Positions 1 to 10,251 of a DNA stretch of 32,435 nt are shown here, piece after piece. A model generated the notes under the pieces. That model worked only from the letters and a program-made list of their open reading frames with translations, was not told the origin of the DNA and searched no databases. Position 1 is the stretch's first letter, and each line of letters starts with the position of its first letter. The translations under genes were made by a program, and so were the position numbers. This DNA is from Octopus bimaculoides (taxonomy: Eukaryota). The stretch spans positions 4,574,968 through 4,607,402 of the forward strand of contig NC_068998.1 in assembly GCF_001194135.2 (NCBI RefSeq), written 5' to 3'.

Positions 1-77
1 TATATATATATATATATACACACATGCAATATTAAACTTCTTTCCTCAGATTCATGCGTGCTACCAGCATGAATACC

Positions 78-127
<50 letters not shown>

Positions 128-180
128 GTATTCTACTTCGTTATACCCCTGTGACAATATTTTACAATCGTCTCTATACA

Positions 181-213
<33 letters not shown>

Positions 214-514
214 GTGCTTGTGACTTGTGTGTGTGTTATATGTATGTATTGGTGTGTGTGTGTTTGTTTTGTGTGTGTAAAATCTGACTTCGAAACTAAT
301 TATGGTCGTACAGGCTTCGCCCCACTATTTAATTTAGGTATAATGTTTAATTCACCTCAACTCTCTTTGGCTGATCCCTTCAACCCCACCTCACACACTC
401 TCTCTCTCTCTCTCTCTCGCTCCCGTTTCAACCTGTTGGTCGTTTAACCCAAGTAGTACAATCACTATCAAATTGCAGCATCGTCATCATCAACATTATC
501 ATCATCACCGTCAA

Positions 515-810
<296 letters not shown>

Positions 811-865
811 TATTGTTATTATTGCTGTTGTTATATTGTTGTTGTTGCTCCTGCTATTGTTGTTT

Positions 866-984
866 AGGACGGTGAACGCGGAGTACCAACACCGCGGAGA
901 AATGCTTGCCAACATTTTTGTCCCAGTCCCTCCACGTTCTGAGTTCAAATTCCGCCAATGTCGGCTTTTCCTTTCGTTGCTTTC
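866..984 (+). mobile_element. SINE family A, diverged 5' part, cut by N-gap
   Basis: GAAATGCTT...ACGTTCTGAGTTCAAATTCCGCC matches the family A body. Confidence 0.75.
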
Positions 985-1606
985 NNNNNNNNNNNNNNNN
1001 NNNNNNNNNNNNNNNNNNNNNNNNNNNNNNNNNNNNNNNNNNNNNNNNNNNNNNNNNNNNNNNNNNNNNNNNNNNNNNNNNNNNNNNNNNNNNNNNNNNN
1101 NNNNNNNNNNNNNNNNNNNNNNNNNNNNNNNNNNNNNNNNNNNNNNNNNNNNNNNNNNNNNNNNNNNNNNNNNNNNNNNNNNNNNNNNNNNNNNNNNNNN
1201 NNNNNNNNNNNNNNNNNNNNNNNNNNNNNNNNNNNNNNNNNNNNNNNNNNNNNNNNNNNNNNNNNNNNNNNNNNNNNNNNNNNNNNNNNNNNNNNNNNNN
1301 NNNNNNNNNNNNNNNNNNNNNNNNNNNNNNNNNNNNNNNNNNNNNNNNNNNNNNNNNNNNNNNNNNNNNNNNNNNNNNNNNNNNNNNNNNNNNNNNNNNN
1401 NNNNNNNNNNNNNNNNNNNNNNNNNNNNNNNNNNNNNNNNNNNNNNNNNNNNNNNNNNNNNNNNNNNNNNNNNNNNNNNNNNNNNNNNNNNNNNNNNNNN
1501 NNNNNNNNNNNNNNNNNNNNNNNNNNNNNNNNNNNNNNNNNNNNNNNNNNNNNNNNNNNNNNNNNNNNNNNNNNNNNNNNNNNNNNNNNNNNNNNNNNNN
1601 NNNNNN

Positions 1607-1649
1607 CCAACAAATTTGACGCCTAGTGCCTCCAGTAGAAAGAATTATT
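1607..1649 (+). mobile_element. SINE family A 3' tail fragment after gap
   Basis: AAATTTGACGCCTAGTGCCTCCAGTAGAAAGAATTATT resembles the family A terminus. Confidence 0.65.
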
Positions 1650-1851
1650 AAGGCGGCGAGCTGGCAGAAACGTTAGCACGCCGGGAAAAATGCTGAGCGG
1701 TATTTCGTCTGACGCTACGTTCTGAGTTCAAATTCCGCCGAGGTCCACTTTACCTTCATCCTTTCGGGGTCGATAAATTAAGCACCAGCTGCGTACTGGG
1801 GTGGCCCTCTCCCCCAAAATTTCGGGCCTTGTGCCTAGAGTAGAAAAGAAT
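1650..1851 (+). mobile_element. SINE family A, young-type copy
   Basis: Full head AAGGCGGCGAGCTGGCAGAA through tail TTTCGGGCCTTGTGCCTAGAGTAGAAAAGAAT. Confidence 0.92.
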
Positions 1852-2036
1852 CGTTAGCCTGCTGGACAAAATGCTTAGCGGCATTGCGTCCGTCTCTACG
1901 ATCTGAGATCAAATTCCACCGAGGTCGACTTTGTCTTTCATCTTTTTAAGGGGCGGAAAAATATGTACCAGTCAAGTAATCGGGACTTACCTCCCGCAAA
2001 ATTGCAGGCCTTGTGCCTATAGTAGAAAGGGCTATT
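1852..2036 (+). mobile_element. SINE family A, older-type copy lacking first ~19 nt, abutting previous copy
   Basis: Starts at CGTTAG. Carries CAAAATGCTTAGCGGCA and TTCCACCGAGG variants. Ends GGCCTTGTGCCTATAGTAGAAAGG. Confidence 0.88.
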
Positions 2037-2048
2037 ACCTTTGGTGTT

Positions 2049-2240
2049 AGGCGGTGGGATTGGTAGAATCGGGTCAATGCTTTGTTGGATTTCTTCCTAT
2101 GTAAGTATTCCGAGTTCAAATCACGCTAAAGTGAAACTCATCATTTTTTATTTCCTTTCTGGATCGATGAAATAAAGTCAAATAGTAGGGTCGATTATAT
2201 CGGCTAAATTCTCTCCTGTCAAAATTGCTGCCCTATATAC
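2049..2240 (+). mobile_element. SINE family A, highly diverged copy
   Basis: AGGCGGTGGGATTGGTAGAATCG, CCGAGTTCAAATC, GGATCGATGAAATAAAG and CAAAATTGCTG appear in family A order. Confidence 0.6.
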
Positions 2241-2250
2241 CTTGAATTGT

Positions 2251-2510
2251 GGAGGCACATGGCCTAGTGATTAGAGCAGCGGACTTCCGGTCGAGGGATC
2301 GCGGGTTCGAATCTCAGACCGGGCGATATGTGTGTTTATGAGCGAAACGCCTAAGCTCAACGTTGCTCCGGCAGAAGATAATGGCGAAACTATGCTGACT
2401 CTTTCGCCACAACTTCCTCTCAATCTTTCCTCCTGCATCTAGCAGCTTCGGACGTCCCGTCCAGGTGGGGAACCTATATGCCAATGAAACCGGGAAAACG
2501 GCCCTTAAGA
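2251..2510 (+). mobile_element. SINE family B (tRNA head, CORE-like centre)
   Basis: tRNA-like head TGGCCTAGTGATTAG...GGGTTCGAATCTC. 3' end GTCCCGTCCAGG...GAAACCGGGAAAACGGCCCTTA is shared with the copy at 11713. Confidence 0.85.
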
Positions 2511-2849
2511 TAAGGAACAAACAGCTACATATATATATATATACATATATATATATATCATAAATATATAGGGATTGACAGTAACCTGCTTCTGTCAATC
2601 CCTATATATTTATGATTATAAATGTTTTTTACCGAAAAAGGTTTTTTCATACTGAGCTACCCGGCAAAATTGTTAATTATTAATTTTATTACTAATTGAC
2701 GATTCCCTGCCCTGCATATCTATATTTTAATACATATATATATATATTTATAAACAAAATTAAGGGATCAGCAACAGGTTGCTTCACCACATACCGAAGT
2801 TCAGAAGTAGCAGCTAAAAATGCTTTACCCTTTCAATTGTAATAATTAT

Positions 2850-2898
<49 letters not shown>

Positions 2899-3449
2899 NN
2901 NNNNNNNNNNNNNNNNNNNNNNNNNNNNNNNNNNNNNNNNNNNNNNNNNNNNNNNNNNNNNNNNNNNNNNNNNNNNNNNNNNNNNNNNNNNNNNNNNNNN
3001 NNNNNNNNNNNNNNNNNNNNNNNNNNNNNNNNNNNNNNNNNNNNNNNNNNNNNNNNNNNNNNNNNNNNNNNNNNNNNNNNNNNNNNNNNNNNNNNNNNNN
3101 NNNNNNNNNNNNNNNNNNNNNNNNNNNNNNNNNNNNNNNNNNNNNNNNNNNNNNNNNNNNNNNNNNNNNNNNNNNNNNNNNNNNNNNNNNNNNNNNNNNN
3201 NNNNNNNNNNNNNNNNNNNNNNNNNNNNNNNNNNNNNNNNNNNNNNNNNNNNNNNNNNNNNNNNNNNNNNNNNNNNNNNNNNNNNNNNNNNNNNNNNNNN
3301 NNNNNNNNNNNNNNNNNNNNNNNNNNNNNNNNNNNNNNNNNNNNNNNNNNNNNNNNNNNNNNNNNNNNNNNNNNNNNNNNNNNNNNNNNNNNNNNNNNNN
3401 NNNNNNNNNNNNNNNNNNNNNNNNNNNNNNNNNNNNNNNNNNNNNCAAC

Positions 3450-3465
3450 TGAATAATAATAATAA

Positions 3466-3519
<54 letters not shown>

Positions 3520-3605
3520 TAATTTCAAATTTTCGCACAAGGCCAGCAATTTGAGGGAAGAGTTAAGTTGATTACATCAACCCAGTGTTCAACTGGTACC
3601 TACTC
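3450..3605 (-). mobile_element. SINE family A 3' half with (AAT)n tail
   Basis: Minus strand reads GTACCAGTTGAACACTGGGTTGATGTAATC...GGCCTTGTGCG, followed by the (ATT)n tail. Confidence 0.8.
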
Positions 3606-3849
3606 TTAATGAGTGCGTGTGTGTGTGTGTATCCCTCTCTCTCTCTCTCAATCAATATCTTTCTCACTCCCTGTCTCCGTTAGTCTTCTTTCTTTCTTTC
3701 TTTCTTTCGTTCTTTCTTTCTTTCTTTCTTCCTCTATTTGCCTTGACATGTCGCTCGCTTTCTTTTGATATTTCCCTATCTCTCGCCCTCGCTGTTCCTT
3801 GTTCTCTCTTTCTCTCTCTCTCTCTCCTTCTACTCTGTCTCTGTCTCTG

Positions 3850-3889
<40 letters not shown>

Positions 3890-4084
3890 TCTTTCTCTTC
3901 AATCTCTCACTCTCTCTCCTCTTGTAACTTATACACGTCTTCCTCTGCTTTTCTACAAATATTACTACTACGTTATCGTTGTTCGACCCCAGTACAACTC
4001 GACCAAATAGATGCACAGCCAAAGGATTTCCAACCGTAACCAACACAATAGACCTAGGCCTAACTTACCCATGCGTTCTCTCTT

Positions 4085-4152
4085 TATTGAAAAAAGGCTG
4101 GGTGTTATTTGAGGAAGATTTGGCCTCTATTGTTAGCATTTCGAACGACCTC
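4085..4152 (+). repeat. Unclassified short dispersed repeat (family D), copy 1
   Basis: ATTTGAGGAAGATTTGGCCTCTATTGTTAGCATTTCGAACGACCTC is 34/46 identical to 11199-11244 by hand alignment. Confidence 0.6.
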
Positions 4153-4710
4153 ATTTCTACAGAAGATAAGGAAGAAAACCTGTAAGGTACTATCCACCCG
4201 TATATAGTAGCACCTTGTATACATAGAGCGTGAGTTACACCACCCGTATTGCAGCTAACTATTCAACGCTTCAGAGTAAAGCGGGTGGCTTGTCTTTGGA
4301 AACATCGAAAGGGGTTGATTAGGTTACAGAAGACAAGGACACTAGGGTTTTATAGACAGTTATTACGGGGGACATTAAATAGTTCAGCAAATACCCCTAT
4401 TACAAACCATCCTCAGGACATTCCACCCCAACGTACCCATGTAAAATATTTCGAATAGTTAATTGTCATTTCTATACCAGGAACTAAAAATATACACGAG
4501 CTGAAGCACTTGTGTGAGAGGTTTGTACTTACGTGTGGGTGGCTGTATGTATGTATGTATGTATGTATGTATGTATGTGTTTCTTTGTGTGTGTTTCTTT
4601 GTGTGTGTGTGTATGTGTATGTGTGTATGTGTATGTGTGTGCAGTATATTCACACACAAACACAAATACGTTGGCATACAAGTGTCAAGGTAACGAAGTA
4701 GGCTTTATGT

Positions 4711-4754
4711 GATGGCTCGATCGGCTAGAAATGACAGCCAGATTTCGCTGAAAT
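4711..4754 (-). repeat. Family D repeat, copy 2 (inverted)
   Basis: Reverse complement ATTTCAGCGAAATCTGGCTGTCATTTCTAGCCGATCGAGCCATC aligns to the other copies. Confidence 0.55.
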
Positions 4755-4802
4755 CGCACATAAATATCACGGGGTATGAAAACACTAGATTAAAATATTC
4801 AT

Positions 4803-5242
4803 ATGCGTGGCTGTGTGGTAAGAAACTTGCTTCTCAACCACATGGTTCAGGGTTCAGTCCCACTGCGTGGCAGCTTGGGCAGGTGACTTCTACTGAAGCC
4901 TTGGTCCGACCAAAGCCTTGTGAGTGAATTTAGTAGATGGAAACTGGGAGAAGCTCGTTGTATATAAATGTGTGTGTGTGTGTGTGTGTGCGCGTGTTTG
5001 GATGTGTGTCTGTCTATGTTTGACCCTACCTCGACCACCTAATAATCGGTGTTGGTGTGTTTACGTCCCTGTAACTTAGCGGTTCGGTAAAACAGACCAA
5101 TAGTATAAGTACTAGGCTGAAAGGAAAATAAATAAATGAATCCATAATAGTAAAAATTGTTCTTCGGTAAAATTCATCAACGTCGTGCCCCAGCATGGCC
5201 GCAGTCTAATGACTGAAACAAGCAAGTAATAAAAGATAAAAG
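4803..5242 (+). mobile_element. SINE family C (tRNA head, CORE-like motif, internal microsatellite), full-length
   Basis: Head GCGTGGCTGTGTGGTAAG...GGGTTCAGTCCCACTG, CORE-like CTTGGGCAGGTGACTT, internal (TA)/(TG)n at ~4960-5010, 3' part GTAACTTAGCGGTTCGG and tail CAGCATGGCCGCAGTC..TGACTGAAACAAG. Confidence 0.9.
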
Positions 5243-5637
5243 TGTTAAAATCGCTTAAAAGGACAGGATGATCATGGAAGGATTGTCTTGAATCATGCTC
5301 ATGGTTAAAGAACTGCAACACATACATACGTATACAGATATACATCCACACATGCCCATTTATATACATATATACGTAGTTCGTACACCCATATCCTTTC
5401 ATACATACATACATACATACATACATACATACATACATACGTACATAAACGTAGGTATGTATAATAATGTATATATTTATATATTTCCTTATGCTCTAAT
5501 TTCACTTGCTAATTTCCTTGGGAAAGGTATGAAGATAACTTCACTTGCGACTACAGTAAACAGGGTGTGGCATCTATATGCGCTGACCCTGCATACCTAT
5601 ACAACTACACACCCATAAACAGCTGTACGTGAGTGTG

Positions 5638-5670
<33 letters not shown>

Positions 5671-6135
5671 ACATACATGCAGACATACATGCATACACAT
5701 AAAGATATACATGCACGCGCACATGCACACAAACACATTAAAAGCTTTCTAAATAAAAATGCACTTCATTTTTGAAGCTTCGATGAGGCTGCAGAGTGAT
5801 ACACACTCACCCAACAAAGGGTGCATTGTATCTTATAGCAGAAACAGCTGTAAGCTAATGCTTTATTTATTCCCTTATTTCCGTCTTGAAGGATTTATTC
5901 GAATAAATCGACCCCAATTTGATAATTGTTCTATCATTTTCATCATTAAGTTACGGAGACGTAAGCAATCGGACACCGGTTGACTACTGGTTGTGGAGAA
6001 AACATACACACACACACACATGTTTATCGTTGCTATTATGCAAAAGTGTCGCAAGTCCAAAACGTTGTTTTTTCAGAAAACGATAAAATAATTTCACCAT
6101 TCCATAGCAAACCCGTTGTACTACACTTTGACAAC

Positions 6136-6283
6136 GTTTGATATCTTGGCATCTGAAGCAGCTGGAGATACGACAGTTTGACCAAAAGAACCGGCTATTG
6201 CAAGCAAAAATAAATATGGTAATAAACGCATTTGGCCAAATTTGGACATACAATAGTTTAATATAATAGCAACGAATAAGCAT
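6136..6283 (-). repeat. Local duplicated segment copy 1; contains 36-aa signal-peptide-like ORF 6231-6121
   Basis: Inverted near-identical partner at 7542-7700. ORF reads MRLLPYLFLLAIAGSFGQTVVSPAASDAKISNVVKV. Confidence 0.8.
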
Positions 6284-6676
6284 AGCTGTATGGTTAAGAC
6301 ATTCGCCAATCTTGTACACTGTTTCGGGTTCCATTTCACTCCACATTATTTGTGCAGAACGTCCTACAATAGCCCCGTTTACTTATGGGTAGTACCCGTG
6401 AGATGGAAACTGTGACGCACTCTGGTGTATTCATTCCTTATATGCATGTGTTTCTTTGAGGCGTGTCTCTTGTGTTATGATTAGGTCGATTAAAAAACGA
6501 TTAAACCGGTTCTCTGTTAATACTGTGTCCTTTTACGTTGTATCAAAAATAATGAATACTACAGCACACATCTTGTTTTGTTCGATGATGCAACATAAGG
6601 CTTTACGTTATTTATACTAAGTGGCCTTGTATGCTAACATACATAGATGCACACATGCGTACATACGCAACCCACC

Positions 6677-6715
<39 letters not shown>

Positions 6716-6719
<4 letters not shown>

Positions 6720-6881
6720 CAACGGGTTTCTTTCAGTTTCGTCTACCAAATCCACTCACAAGGCTTTGGTCGGCCCGAGGCTATAGTAGAAGACACTTGT
6801 CGAAGGTGCCACGCAGTGGGACTGAACCTGGAACCATTAGGTTGGGAAGTAAACTTCTTATCTCACAGCCACACCTGTACC
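6716..6881 (-). mobile_element. SINE family C 5' half, ending in its internal microsatellite
   Basis: Reverse complement of the family C head through GAAACTGAAAGAAACCCGTTG, then (CA)n/(TA)n at 6679-6718. Confidence 0.9.
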
Positions 6882-6967
6882 TCTATAATTTTTTCAGCCT
6901 TTTTATCGACCAAGAAAGAATAAAATGATGTAATTAAACAGCCCGATGCATACTTGGTTTGGTCTTT

Positions 6968-7028
6968 CTCAAAGTCGGTGGGATGTGGTATGTAAAAGAT
7001 TTAACTCTCATTTCTAGCGGATCGAAAG
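6968..7028 (+). repeat. Family D repeat, copy 3
   Basis: AAAAGATTTAACTCTCATTTCTAGCGGATCGA aligns with the family D core. Confidence 0.45.
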
Positions 7029-7541
7029 GAAGCCCACGTGCAGCTTCCTCTCAACGAACGGAAATGAAGCCCTCACAGCTATATTATTTCAGCGCTTTCA
7101 ATGCGCACAGCAAGGAAGCAAGCAACGGATCAACCGACCAACCAACTAACCAGCCGACCGACCGCCCAATTAAGCAGCTAATTAAAAATAATTAAGTAAT
7201 TAGTTAACTAACTAGACCACCCTGTAGTACCTTACCTCCAGCTAAGTGAACTGGGATGTCGTAAAAAGGGAATTAATTGTTTTAGCTGAGGATGTTACGT
7301 CACAGTCAGAGCGGCTATTGAGAATTGTGATGACCGCTGGCATTTCCGGCCGGTTTATTGTTATATAGTGCATTGTGCGTATGTATATGTCTGTGTGTGT
7401 GTGTTTTAGTCTGTATGCATATGTATATATTTCATTGTGTGCATTTATATTCGTAGGTGCGTGTGTATGCATGTATCTGTAGGAATTTTTATTTACATAT
7501 ATGTTCCTATGTGTATATCGATGTATGTGTATTTATATATA

Positions 7542-7700
7542 TCGTTGTTATTATGTTAAACTATCGTATGTCGAAATCTGGCCAAATGCGTTTTATTCAA
7601 TGTTTATTTTTGCTTGCAATAGCCGGTTCTTTTGGTCAAACTATCCTATCTCCAGCTGCTTCAGATGCCAAGAAATGAAAATTTATGATATGAAACAGTT
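7542..7700 (+). repeat. Local duplicated segment copy 2; contains 30-aa signal-peptide-like ORF 7586-7678
   Basis: Shares TTTATTTTTGCTTGCAATAGCCGGTTCTTTTGGTCAAACT and ATCTCCAGCTGCTTCAGATGCCAAGA exactly with copy 1. ORF reads MRFIQCLFLLAIAGSFGQTILSPAASDAKK. Confidence 0.8.
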
Positions 7701-7739
7701 TAGCATTTTTCAAAAGTATGTATAATAGATGCCTGATAC

Positions 7740-8070
7740 TAATTTTGCCTTTCATCATTTGTACGTCGATAGAATTAAATACCAGTGGAATCCTGGAGGA
7801 TATTTAATACTACTGCAAAGAGTATTAAATTAGAAATCTAAGACACTTGCTTGTCATTCTTCTTGGCTCAGTAAAATGAAGTACCAGTGAAATACTGGGG
7901 ATGGTTTAATATATTCCAGTAAAGCATAACTTACATATTAATGAACAAGATTAAAAAACTAACTTTGTGTTTCATCCTTTGTGCATCGATTAAATTAAAT
8001 ACCAGTAAAACACTGGGGGAAATTTTTATATATTCCTACAAAGCATAAGTTTGCATTTGAATAAACTTAT
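7740..8070 (+). repeat. Degenerate tandem array (~3 units of ~110 bp) derived from SINE A 3' half
   Basis: Recurring TTTCATC.TTTG..TCGAT.AA.TTAAATACCAGT...CTGG.G and ATATTCC...AAAGCATAA motifs near 7741, 7880 and 7961. Confidence 0.6.
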
Positions 8071-8137
8071 AGTAGAAGATTCAGGAAAAAAAGTCATACC
8101 TGCGTCTAATTTTTAACATTGTCCTTATTGGACATCA

Positions 8138-8261
8138 AAGGCGGTGAGCTGGCGAAATCTTTAGAGCGTAAGTACAAATTCCTTTCTGTATTCGTTCCGC
8201 TTCCCTGCGCTCTGAGTTCAAATTCCGTCGAAGTCAATTTTGCCTTTCATCTTTTGAGCAT

Positions 8262-8262
<1 letters not shown>
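8138..8262 (+). mobile_element. SINE family A 5' part, ending in (CT)n
   Basis: AAGGCGGTGAGCTGGC...CTCTGAGTTCAAATTCCGTCGAAGTCAATTTTGCCTTTCATC. Confidence 0.8.
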
Positions 8263-8318
<56 letters not shown>

Positions 8319-8569
8319 GGCCTTACCTGTAATCCGAATATCTAGTCTTGTCACGCGCGGTGTCATGCTGATTCGGACCGAATCGTATTATGTTAAAGAT
8401 GCAGGTGTCTATAGAATATTTAGCCGCATACATGTTAATTAATTTCAGAAAATCGGAATTCCTTTGGTCAAACAACAAACTTACTGCTCATCGTCGAAAC
8501 TGTTGGAGGACATATGACTACTGAGCTGCAATGGGTTCCGATATATATATACACAAATATATAATTCAA

Positions 8570-8787
8570 ATAATCCTTTCTACTGGAAGCACAAGGCTTC
8601 AAATTTGGAGAAAGGGATTAAGTCGATTACATTCACCCAGTGTATAACTGGTACTTATTTAATCGACCCCAAAAGGATGAAAGGCAAAATCGACCTCGGC
8701 GGAATTTGAACACAGAACGTAGAGGCAGACGAAATACCGCTAAGCATTTTGCTCGACATGCTAACGATTCTGCCAGCTCACCGCCTT
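8570..8787 (-). mobile_element. SINE family A, full-length
   Basis: Reverse complement runs from AAGGCGGTGAGCTGGCAGAATCGTTAGC to CCTTGTGCTTCCAGTAGAAAGGATTA. Confidence 0.92.
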
Positions 8788-9608
8788 ATATAATCGAAAT
8801 AAGAAGACACAGTTATTTGTTGACAAGTCTTTAAAGATTCATTACAATTGTTTCCTTACCAACTATGCTTGCAACGCCAGTTTACGCAAAAATTCGAAGT
8901 AAAAACATGCATAACGTTTGCGGTTTTAGACAGAGGCACTTCATCAGTCTTGCATCAAAGGTGTGCTGTTACGTTATACGTCTTCCAGACATTGTTTTTT
9001 GGTTTATATCGAGAGGAAACAAAAAGTAAATAAAAGTGTGGTTTAAGACAAATCAGCACTGGTTGAATTGTTTATTGTTAATGTGCTAACTTCGTAGGGA
9101 AGTGTAGAAGTCCTCCTTCGAAATGAATTCTAGAACCTTCTGGACAGACAGAAAACTATTTTAATATTTGCAGTTGTAGATAGTTCTTCTCATCTGGTAG
9201 TCTCTTAATTCACTTATCTTTCTTTCCTTTTCACAGTCCTTAACTAGTAGGGGTCAGGCAGCGAGTATCCATTATATGCATTGATTTAGATGTTCTGTAT
9301 CATTAACACAATATTAAATTATTGGTGGCGCTTATGTAAATACAGTGCAATGGTAAATAAAATATATTTGGAAACTCAAACGAACCTTGGTGTTGTTAGT
9401 GTCAACACAGGCAAGCTCACAGCCTACCTGACATGAAAACAAGCAAGAAAAGAAGAGAGGACTGACAACCGTACTAAAAAATGGAAGAAACGGAGAAAGT
9501 GTAAAATTCGAAAGAAGAAGCACGTGTGTGCTTATACGGAATTTTTTCCGTTCTCCATTTCTACTTTTTCTTCCCGTTTTTTTTTTTTGTCTGTTTGCTC
9601 TCATTTTT

Positions 9609-9645
9609 TTCTCCGATGAAGGGCAAACAGCCCGAAATATAAGAA
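9609..9645 (+). ncRNA. Minimal type-I hammerhead ribozyme motif (Penelope-like end), U4C variant
   Basis: TTCT-CCGATGA-A-GGGC AAACA GCCC-GAAA-TAT-A-AGAA: helix I TTCT/AGAA, helix II GGGC/GCCC, palindromic helix III ATAT. Confidence 0.6.
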
Positions 9646-9831
9646 CGTTCTTAGATTTGTCTTCATTACAGCAAGAAACCAATATATCAATTTCGTATTT
9701 CCGTTATTTGTGCTTTTTAAAATACTTCATTATACAAACATATGCGTCAGAATATATAAATCTGTGTGTGCGTGTTAGTGTGTTTGTGTATGCTGATATA
9801 CATATATATATATATACAAATATAAATGTAC

Positions 9832-9864
<33 letters not shown>

Positions 9865-10218
9865 AATGTACATATAAAAATGTGCGTTTATATACACGTA
9901 AGTATACGCATGATACATTTACGCACATACATAACCTTAATGAGAAGTAATTAGTCGTTACTGGTCCATGTTTGTCAATGTGGTTGAAACGACTACTTTT
10001 TGTTCATTAATATATTATTATTATTATTGTTATTGTTGTTGTTGTTGTTATTGTTGTTGTTGTTGCTGTTGTTTTATTTCATGTTTTTTTTTTTTTTTTC
10101 CGCAGTCAGAATGAAACTGTAAACACTAGAGTAGTACTTCCCTGGCTTCTACTACCACCGCCCACACCATAGCCACTACCACAACTAGCAACATCACATG
10201 TTTGCCCCCGCGGCTATA

Positions 10219-10251
<33 letters not shown>

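Noticed and set aside
836-1651. Long ORFs spanning X runs (also at 2.8, 14.7, 16.0, 20.9, 22.8, 26.5 and 29.4 kb)
   Set aside because: Their length comes from N-gaps. The gaps mostly abut microsatellites or repeats and are assembly artefacts.
2251-2325. tRNA genes at SINE heads (also 4805, 11713, 29266)
   Set aside because: They have A/B boxes but no full cloverleaf and run directly into SINE bodies.
3979-4196. 68-aa ORF ending near a GTAAGG donor-like site
   Set aside because: It overlaps a family D repeat copy and shows no recognisable protein similarity.
7215-7226. CACCCTGTA, resembling a Tc1/mariner TIR end with TA
   Set aside because: No matching left TIR was found in the window, and the match is too short.
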